Positions 39,433-46,300 of a DNA stretch of 46,300 bases are shown here, in pieces; the stretch's first letter is position 1; the number at the start of each line of letters is the position of its first letter. Under the pieces are notes generated by a model that saw only the letters and a program-made list of their open reading frames with translations, was not told where the DNA came from and did no database searches. The DNA is from Intrasporangium sp. (GTDB lineage Bacteria; Actinomycetota; Actinomycetes; Actinomycetales; Dermatophilaceae). The position numbers and the translations under genes are program-made. The DNA lies in assembly GCA_035707905.1 (NCBI GenBank), contig DASSTN010000219.1, positions 1 to 46,300 on the forward strand. Reading direction: 5' to 3'.

Positions 39433-40488
39433 ATGACAGAACAGGTGACCGAGCGCGAGGAGCGTGACGCCTGGACACGCCCCGGCGCTTTCGAGGTCGC
39501 GCTCGGCATTCATCGGATGCCGCTGCCCCTCCCGAACGACGGCCTGCGCGCTGTCAACGTCTATGCAATCGCGGACGCGGACCGGCTCACCCTCATCGAC
39601 GGCGGCTGGGCCATCGAGGCGGCCGAGGACGCGTTGGCGGCGGCCCTCGACAGCATCGGCTTCGGGCTCGAGCACATCGACCGGTTCCTCGTCACACACG
39701 CGCACCGCGACCACTACACGAACGCCTCGATCGTCCGGAAGCGGTATGGCGCGACCGTGGCCCTCGGCGTCGGGGAACGGGCGACCCTCGACCTCCTCAC
39801 CGAGCGGGCCGGGCAGGGCGGCGACGCCGAGCTCGACGTCGCCCAGGTGCCGATGCTTCGTGAGGCCGGCGCGAAGGAGCTCGCCGACCGCCTCGCCAGC
39901 TACCAGCCACCACCGATCGACGCCGATGAGTGGGCCGCCCCGGACCAGTGGTTGCAGGACGGGCACGTCGTCGCCGTCGGTGACCGCTCGCTCGCGGCGA
40001 TCGAGACGCCCGGCCACACGAGCGGGCACCTCGTCTACCACGACGCGGTGGCCGCCCTGCTCTTCGCGGGCGACCATGTGCTGCCCCAGATCACGCCGTC
40101 GATCGGCTTCGAGGCGGTCCGGCCGGAGTCGCCGTTGCGGGACTACCTCACGTCCCTCCACCTCGTCCGTGCCATGCCGGACGCGCGCTTGCTGCCCGCC
40201 CACGGACCGGTGACGAGCAGCGTCCACGAGCGGGTCGACGAGCTGCTCGCCCATCACGAGGAGCGGCTCGACCTGACACTGCGTGCGCTCGACACGGGCG
40301 CCGAGACCGCCTTCGAGGTGGCCGGCCAGTTGTACTGGACCCGACGGCGACGGCGGCTCGCGGAGATGGATCCCTTCAACGAGATGCTCGCGGTCCTCGA
40401 GACGTCTGCTCACCTGCAGGTCCTCGCAGAGCGTGGCCTCGTCGTCAGCGAGATGGTGTCGGGGGTCCGCCGCTACCGCTCTGCCTGA
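39433..40488 (+). CDS. MBL-fold metallo-hydrolase
   Basis: THAHRDH, TPGHTSGH, GDH, PAHG. Confidence 0.9.
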   Translation: MTEQVTEREERDAWTRPGAFEVALGIHRMPLPLPNDGLRAVNVYAIADADRLTLIDGGWAIEAAEDALAAALDSIGFGLEHIDRFLVTHAHRDHYTNASIVRKRYGATVALGVGERATLDLLTERAGQGGDAELDVAQVPMLREAGAKELADRLASYQPPPIDADEWAAPDQWLQDGHVVAVGDRSLAAIETPGHTSGHLVYHDAVAALLFAGDHVLPQITPSIGFEAVRPESPLRDYLTSLHLVRAMPDARLLPAHGPVTSSVHERVDELLAHHEERLDLTLRALDTGAETAFEVAGQLYWTRRRRRLAEMDPFNEMLAVLETSAHLQVLAERGLVVSEMVSGVRRYRSA

Positions 40489-40550
40489 GGGTTGGCTGGG
40501 AGGTCCGCGCCTTCTGCTTGTCGTGGAGGAGAGCGGGTATCCGACTTCTC

Positions 40551-42041
40551 ATGCAGACCCGAGTCCGTGAGCTTCTCAATCGCTTCCCGCGGGTGAGGCT
40601 GCTCGTGATCGGCGACGCGGTGCTCGACGCGTGGATGTATGCAGCTTGCGGTCGTCTCGCGCGGGAGGCGCCGGTGCCGGTCCACGAGGTCGACCACGTC
40701 GACTGGGCGCCCGGCTCCGCGGCGAACTGCGCGGCGAACGCCGCCGCGCTCGGCGCCCAGGTCGTGCTGGCTGCGATCGTCGGCGCGGACGAGTCGGGCG
40801 AGCGGTTGAGACGCATCCTGCGTCACAGCGGGGTCGACGACTCCGCCATCGTGGTCGACTCGGCGCGGAGCACCGCCACCAAGTCGCGGCTCGTGGTCGA
40901 TGGCCAGGTGATGAGCCGCTTCGACACAGAGGCGCACGTCGGGTGGAGCGCCAGCGCCCTTGCCCGGCTCGGCGACCGGACGATCGAGCGTCTTGAGCAT
41001 GTCGACGCCGTGATCGTCGCGGACTACGGCAACGGCGCGCTCACGGACGGCTTCATCCGCCGGTTCTGTCGGGAGCGGAACCGGCTGCGCGGGCCGATCA
41101 TCGTGGACGGGCACGACTTCCACCGCTGGGACGACTGCCGCGTCACGGCGATGACCCCGAGCGCGTCCGAGGTCGACGGGCTTTCCGCGGCGGCGACAAG
41201 GGCCGAACGGGTGCAGCACCTCGCCACGCGCTCTCAGGAGCTGCTCCGCGAATGGCACTGCGACATGCTCCTGACCACCGTCGACTCCGACGGCACCCTG
41301 CTGCACCGCTGGGGCCGGCCGCCGTACCGCACGCGCGCGGTCGCCCGCGCGACCCAGCAGACGTGCGGGGCGGGCGACACGGTCAGCGCGGCCTTCGCCC
41401 TAGCGCTTGCTGCCGGCGCCGAGCCGGAGGCGGCGGCCGACCTGGCGCAGCAGGCAGCCGGTGTCGTCGTCGACGAACCGGGGACCTCCTGCTGCACCGC
41501 AGCCGCCCTGCTCGAGCGGAGCCGCGGCCTCGACGACGGGCTGGGCGTGACGTCGGTGGGCGAGCTGCGCGAGCACGTCGCGGCACACCGTGTCGCCGGC
41601 CGCCGGATCGTGTTCACGAACGGGTGCTTCGACATCCTCCACGCCGGCCACGTCGAGTACCTGCGTCAGGCGCGAGCCCTCGGGGATGTGCTCGTCGTGG
41701 CCCTCAACAGCGACGCCAGCGTCCGACGGCTCAAGGGCGAGGACCGGCCCATCGTCCCCGAGGCCGAACGCGCCGGGCTGCTCGCCGCCCTGCGCTCGGT
41801 CGACCACGTCGTCCTCTTCGACGCGGAGAGCCCGCGGGACCTGATCGAGCTGGTGCGGCCCGACGTCTACGTCAAGGGAGGCGACTACAACGTCGACATG
41901 CTTCCGGAGGCCCCACTCGTCGATCGCCTCGGCGGCGAGGTCGTCCTCGTCGACTACGTCGGCGGCCGGTCCACGACGCAGATCGTCGAACGGATCCGGG
42001 GACAGGGCCCGACGCCGGTACCCGCGGAGGGCAGTCGATGA
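40551..42041 (+). CDS. HldE/RfaE-like bifunctional PfkB kinase plus nucleotidyltransferase
   Basis: IGDAVLD, REAPVPV, CGAGD; VFTNGCFDILHAGH, LNSDASVRRLKG, VKGGDY, RSTT. Confidence 0.88.
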   Translation: MQTRVRELLNRFPRVRLLVIGDAVLDAWMYAACGRLAREAPVPVHEVDHVDWAPGSAANCAANAAALGAQVVLAAIVGADESGERLRRILRHSGVDDSAIVVDSARSTATKSRLVVDGQVMSRFDTEAHVGWSASALARLGDRTIERLEHVDAVIVADYGNGALTDGFIRRFCRERNRLRGPIIVDGHDFHRWDDCRVTAMTPSASEVDGLSAAATRAERVQHLATRSQELLREWHCDMLLTTVDSDGTLLHRWGRPPYRTRAVARATQQTCGAGDTVSAAFALALAAGAEPEAAADLAQQAAGVVVDEPGTSCCTAAALLERSRGLDDGLGVTSVGELREHVAAHRVAGRRIVFTNGCFDILHAGHVEYLRQARALGDVLVVALNSDASVRRLKGEDRPIVPEAERAGLLAALRSVDHVVLFDAESPRDLIELVRPDVYVKGGDYNVDMLPEAPLVDRLGGEVVLVDYVGGRSTTQIVERIRGQGPTPVPAEGSR

Positions 42042-42844
42042 GCGGTGGCGTCGACGTCCTCGTCCCGAGCTGTGACCGTCCTCCTGCCCTCGCGGTGACC
42101 CTCTCCGGGCTGGCGGCCCAGACGTTCACGGACTTCCGGGTGGTCATCAGTGACCAGTCCGTCGAGCCGGTCGACACCGACCCGCTCGTCGCGGGGGTGG
42201 ACCGCGTCCTCGAGCTGCACGGGACGCCCGTCACCGTCGACCACCACCTCCCGCGGCGCGGCGTGGCGGAGAACCGCCACCACCTGCTCGAGCTGTCGGA
42301 CGCCCCCTACGTCCTCTTCCTCGATGACGACGTCTGGCTCGAACCATGGGCCCTCTCCCGGCTCGTCGAGGCCATCGACGAGCTCGGTTGTGGCTTCGTC
42401 GGGTTCGCCGTGCAGGGGCTGTCCTACGTCGGGGACCGGCGCCCGCACCAACTCACCTCCTACGAGGAGTGGCCCGGGCGCGTCGAGCCGGAGCGGGTCC
42501 GTCGCGACTCACCTGCCTGGGACCGCCACCTGCTGCACAACGCTGCCAACCCGACCCACCTCGCCGAGCAGCTGCGTCTCGACCCCTCCACCTGGCGCGC
42601 CTACAAGGTCGCGTGGATCGGCGCGTGCGTGCTCTACCGCCGGGCGGCGCTCGTCGAGGCGGGCGGGTTCTCCTTCTGGCGGGACCTGCCGCGGGAGCAC
42701 GCGGGAGAGGACGTCGTCCCGCAGCTGCGCGTGATGGAACGCCATGGCGGCGCCGGCATCCTGCCGAGCGGTGCGGTCCACCTCGAGCTGCCCACCACCG
42801 TCCCCCGGCGCGACGTCGAGTGCTACGACGTGGTGGGACTGTGA
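42038..42844 (+). CDS. Glycosyltransferase family 2
   Basis: VDVLVPSCDRP, VLFLDDD, GED; ATGA overlap. Confidence 0.85.
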   Translation: MSGGVDVLVPSCDRPPALAVTLSGLAAQTFTDFRVVISDQSVEPVDTDPLVAGVDRVLELHGTPVTVDHHLPRRGVAENRHHLLELSDAPYVLFLDDDVWLEPWALSRLVEAIDELGCGFVGFAVQGLSYVGDRRPHQLTSYEEWPGRVEPERVRRDSPAWDRHLLHNAANPTHLAEQLRLDPSTWRAYKVAWIGACVLYRRAALVEAGGFSFWRDLPREHAGEDVVPQLRVMERHGGAGILPSGAVHLELPTTVPRRDVECYDVVGL

Positions 42845-44115
42845 TGGTCTCCCCTCGCCAGGAGCGCGGCGTGGTGGATGGGGTGGGTCGCGTGCTTGCT
42901 CTGCGGGCCAACGGGATTGGCGACTTCCTCGTCGTCGTCCCCGCCCTCACCGCAGTACAGCGGACCTACCCGGACGCCGAGATCACGGTGGTGGGGGACG
43001 CCTGGCTGCCAGGGCTCGTGGCGGGCCGCCCCGGTCCATGGCACCGCTGTCTCGTCGCCCCGCGCTACCCGGGGCTGCGCGGCCTGCCCGCCGACGCGCC
43101 CCCGAGCCCTGACGTCGACGCCTTCCTCGCGGCCCGACGACACGAGGGGTATGACCTCGCGCTCCAGCTGCACGGAGGTGGCGGGACGAGCAACCCGTTC
43201 GTCGCGTCAGTCGGAGCTCGCGTCACGGCCGGTGCCCGGGCGGAGGGGGCGCCGGCCCTTGACCGCACCGTGCCCTACCTCGCGCACCGCCACGAGGTGC
43301 TGCGCTGGCTCGACGTCGTCGGTCTCGTCGGCGCCGGGCGGCTCGGCACCGTCGACGAGCTCATCCCCCGGATCGCCGTCACCGACCGGGACCTCGACGA
43401 GGCCCGGCAGGCGTTGCCGAACGAGGACCCGTATGTCGCCGTCCACCTCGGCGCGCGGGACGCGCGCCGACGTTGGCCGATGGAGCACTTCGTCGAGCTC
43501 GGTCGCCGTGTCCTCGACGGGGGCCTCAGGCTCGTCCTCGTCGGAGGGGCGGACGATCGACGGGCGTCCGGACAGGTCACGGCCCTGCTCGCCGAGCGCC
43601 TGGGCGCGCGCCGACAGGTGCACGACCTCGCCGGGCGGCTTTCTCTGGCCGGAACCATCGGTGTACTCGCCAGCGCGGCAGCCTTCGTCGGCAACGACTC
43701 CGGCCCACGTCACCTCGCGGCGGCCGTCGGGACACCGACCGTCGGCATCTTCTGGCTCAGCAACGTGCTGGCCTTCGGGCCGCTCGTCGGGGACTCCGAC
43801 CGGGCGCTCGTCTCCCTGCAGGTGCACTGCCCGGTCTGCGGTGAGGAGCAGGTCGCAACCCGCTGCCCCCACGACGTCTCGTTCGTCTCAGCGGTCACGG
43901 TCGACGAGGTGGAAGCGGCCCTGGCAGACGTCCTGGCCCGGTCGCCCGCCGAGAGCGTCTCGGCCGGCGACCCCGCGATGACAAGGGATCAGCCGAGCCC
44001 GGAGCCGACCCACCAGCCGAGCGCGCATGCACCCAACCCGAACACCAGGTTGGCCGCGGCATTCGCCAGCCCAGCGGCATACGACCCGTCCTCGAGCAAC
44101 CGGACGGTCTCGTAA
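42844..44115 (+). CDS. Glycosyltransferase family 9 (heptosyltransferase-like)
   Basis: RANGIGDF, VHLGA...RRWP, DLAGRLSL, VGNDSGPRHLAAAVGTPTV; C-terminal tail overlaps crcB. Confidence 0.88.
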   Translation: MVSPRQERGVVDGVGRVLALRANGIGDFLVVVPALTAVQRTYPDAEITVVGDAWLPGLVAGRPGPWHRCLVAPRYPGLRGLPADAPPSPDVDAFLAARRHEGYDLALQLHGGGGTSNPFVASVGARVTAGARAEGAPALDRTVPYLAHRHEVLRWLDVVGLVGAGRLGTVDELIPRIAVTDRDLDEARQALPNEDPYVAVHLGARDARRRWPMEHFVELGRRVLDGGLRLVLVGGADDRRASGQVTALLAERLGARRQVHDLAGRLSLAGTIGVLASAAAFVGNDSGPRHLAAAVGTPTVGIFWLSNVLAFGPLVGDSDRALVSLQVHCPVCGEEQVATRCPHDVSFVSAVTVDEVEAALADVLARSPAESVSAGDPAMTRDQPSPEPTHQPSAHAPNPNTRLAAAFASPAAYDPSSSNRTVS

Positions 44116-44348
44116 CCGAACGTCGAGAAGGTCGTGAGCGCGCCGCAGAAGCCGGTGCCGACGAGCGTCAGGGCCCAGGCAGGCACGGCCGCGCCCGCGA
44201 CGAGGCCAAGGATGAGCGACCCGACCACGTTGACGACGAACGTGCCCCAGGGGAAGACGCTGTCGTGCCGGGACTGGACGGCCTGGTCGGTCAGGTAGCG
44301 CAGCGGGGCGCCGACCGCGCCGCCGAGGACGACGAGGAGGGCGGTCAC
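43989..44348 (-). CDS. crcB: Fluoride channel Fluc/CrcB (second copy)
   Basis: [35 protein letters not shown]. Confidence 0.93.
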   Translation of the reverse strand: MTALLVVLGGAVGAPLRYLTDQAVQSRHDSVFPWGTFVVNVVGSLILGLVAGAAVPAWALTLVGTGFCGALTTFSTFGYETVRLLEDGSYAAGLANAAANLVFGLGACALGWWVGSGLG

Positions 44349-44683
44349 GGGCGACGCCCGACGTGGCGGACCACCTCGACCTCGTCGAGCGTGACGAGGC
44401 CCTCGAGCTCGAGCTCGTCGAGCAGGGGGAGGAAGGCCCGGATGGCCTCGTCCCGGTCGACGATGACGACCGAGAGGGGCAGGTTCTCGGCGAGGGACAG
44501 CAGCCGGAGCGTGTGGATGCTGTGCGACGCGCCGAAGCCCTCGATGCCCCGGAAGACGGCGGCCCCCGAGAGGCCAGCCGCGTGGGCGCGGTGCACGATC
44601 TCTGCATACAGCGGCTTGCGGTGCCACTGGTCCGACTCGGTGATGTAGATGGTGAGCCGAGTCGACTTGCCGTGCAACGTCAT
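44345..44683 (-). CDS. DUF190 PII-like protein
   Basis: [30 protein letters not shown]; located between two fluc genes. Confidence 0.88.
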   Translation of the reverse strand: MTLHGKSTRLTIYITESDQWHRKPLYAEIVHRAHAAGLSGAAVFRGIEGFGASHSIHTLRLLSLAENLPLSVVIVDRDEAIRAFLPLLDELELEGLVTLDEVEVVRHVGRRP

Positions 44684-45129
44684 TCGGGTCTCCTTCTGCG
44701 CGAGGGGTGGTTACCGACAGCACGCGCGGCGACGAGTCCGAGCCACACCGCGAGCAGTCCGGTCAGCACGGTTCCCAGGTAGTAGATCACCGCTCGGCCC
44801 ACCTCGCCGGAAGCGAGGAGGTGGTGCATGTCGAGCGCGTAGGTCGAGAACGTCGTGTAGCCACCGAGCACGCCGACGCCCCAGAACGGCCGGACGAGCC
44901 GGCGCGGCGGCCAGACCTCGGTGACGAGGTGCATGAGGGCACCGATGACGAGGGCGCCGGTCACGTTGACGATCCACGTCGAGACGGCGAGCTCGCCGGG
45001 ACGGTGCGGCAGCGCGGAAGCAACCGCCCAGCGGGCAAGGCTGCCGACGGCGCCACCGGCCGCGATCGCCGCGAGGACGTCCGGGGGCCGGTTCAGCAAC
45101 ATCACCTTGCGCCCTCGCCGTGGTCCCAC
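44680..45129 (-). CDS. crcB: Fluoride channel Fluc/CrcB (first copy)
   Basis: [26 protein letters not shown]; GTG 45129 lies 5 nt after AGGAG (ATG 45102 is an alternative start). Confidence 0.9.
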   Translation of the reverse strand: MGPRRGRKVMLLNRPPDVLAAIAAGGAVGSLARWAVASALPHRPGELAVSTWIVNVTGALVIGALMHLVTEVWPPRRLVRPFWGVGVLGGYTTFSTYALDMHHLLASGEVGRAVIYYLGTVLTGLLAVWLGLVAARAVGNHPSRRRRPE

Positions 45130-45148
45130 ACACACTCCTACCCTCGAG

Positions 45149-45197
45149 GTAGGGACTGTTGGCGTATGTCGCGGTTGTCGGCGAGCCCCACCGCCAT
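45149..45197 (-). ncRNA. Fluoride riboswitch
   Basis: GGCGGTGGGGCTCGCC-GAC-AACCGC...GCCAACAGTCCCTAC resembles the crcB-motif pattern; directly upstream of crcB; -10 TATGCT at 45205-45210. Confidence 0.85.
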
Positions 45198-45240
45198 CGC
45201 AGGCAGCATATCGAGGTGCCTCCGATGGGGCGCCGTCATC

Positions 45241-46300
45241 TCAGATGACGTGGCGATACGACACCGGTCCCCGGCGGGCCACGTCGAGGAGGCCCCTCGC
45301 CCAGCTCCGAGGCCGCAGCGCCGGCAGCTCCGTGCCGGCGCCGTGCATCATCCCGTCGAGCGACTCCGTGAGGGCTGCAACGGCGTCGAAGCGGGGCGAC
45401 CAGCCGAGCTCGCGCCGGGCGCGCTCGGAGGACATCCGCGGCACGGCGGCCGCAAGGTCAAGCCACCCCGGGTCGACCGGCTGCAGCCGCAGCGCCCACG
45501 TGAGCGCGGCTAACCCCCGCAGCCACCGCCACGGGAAGTGCAGCGGCTGCGCGCCGAGGGCCGCCGCCACGTCGGTCTGCCGGGCCTCGCCGTCGGCCGC
45601 GATGTTGAACGCTCCCGTCGCCTTCTGCTCGAGCACCCGGGCGACCGCGTCGGCGAGGTCCTCGACGTGGACGAACTGCGCCCGGAACCCGCGGTCGAGG
45701 GGGAGCACGGGCAGGAGGCGCAGCACCAGGGTCGGCGCCCACACCGGGTAGGTGTAGCGCAGCAGGGCGCCGCCACTCGTGCGGTGCCCGACCAGCGCGG
45801 GGCGCATCCGGGCGATGGCGATCCGGCCCCTGGCCTCCTCGCCGTCGAGCAGCCGCTCGACCGCCGCCTTGTGCCGGCTGTAGGGCAGTGACGCGATGCC
45901 ACCGGTCGGATAGCTCTCATCGACCGGGTCGTCGTCTGCCCGAGGCGAATACGCGCCGAGCGACGAGAAGTCGACGAAGTGCGGGACGCCCGCGACGATG
46001 GCCGCGTCGAGGGACGCGCGGGTCCCGCCGATGTCGAGCTGCCGGAGGTAGTTCGTGTCGTGGCTCGGCTGGAAACCGAAGACCAGATGCACGACCGCGT
46101 CCGCTCCGCGCATGGCGCCGGCGAGCTCCTCAACGGCACCCACGCTCGTCACGTCGATCGCGTGCCACTCCGCCTGCTGCCGCGCCCAGCCCGTCGTCGG
46201 CGGCCGGCGGGCGACGCCCACCAGCTCGTGTCCGTCGGCGGAGAGGCGGTCGAGCAGGGCGCTGCCGATGTTGCCGGACGCGCCGACGACGACGACCCTC
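45241..46300 (-). CDS. NAD-dependent epimerase/dehydratase (start at or just beyond the right edge)
   Basis: RVVVVGASGNIGS Rossmann motif, FSSLGAY, YSRHK, QFVHVEDLA. Confidence 0.9.
   Translation of the reverse strand, partial: RVVVVGASGNIGSALLDRLSADGHELVGVARRPPTTGWARQQAEWHAIDVTSVGAVEELAGAMRGADAVVHLVFGFQPSHDTNYLRQLDIGGTRASLDAAIVAGVPHFVDFSSLGAYSPRADDDPVDESYPTGGIASLPYSRHKAAVERLLDGEEARGRIAIARMRPALVGHRTSGGALLRYTYPVWAPTLVLRLLPVLPLDRGFRAQFVHVEDLADAVARVLEQKATGAFNIAADGEARQTDVAAALGAQPLHFPWRWLRGLAALTWALRLQPVDPGWLDLAAAVPRMSSERARRELGWSPRFDAVAALTESLDGMMHGAGTELPALRPRSWARGLLDVARRGPVSYRHVI

Overview
High-GC actinobacterial chromosomal segment (gene content suggests Micrococcales, possibly Intrasporangiaceae; this is an inference). 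It contains the housekeeping landmarks tRNA-Ser(GGA), ffs (SRP RNA), dnaX, recR, a DUF5063-like gene and ask. Around these lie: a SoxR-MFS pair with a clear SoxR box; a HerA-like/ParB-like/LytR_C triad; argF; deoR-galT-galK; a LacI-PMI-sugar ABC operon; a stress block from about 30.6 to 44 kb with repeated SigB/SigF-type promoters (F420-dependent LLM, GH13, UdgX, small membrane proteins, sugar ABC, HldE-GT2-GT9); and a fluoride riboswitch-fluc-DUF190-fluc operon. No CRISPR, phage or transposase genes were seen. The most striking unexplained signal is the 9-mer GTATGCCGC (usually GTATGCCGCT). I counted 19 exact copies on both strands, as inverted pairs after genes, as intergenic singles, and inside coding sequences where it uses T-ending codons. 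This distribution resembles a DNA uptake sequence. Three other intergenic repeat families and an in-frame repeat array in dnaX are also present.
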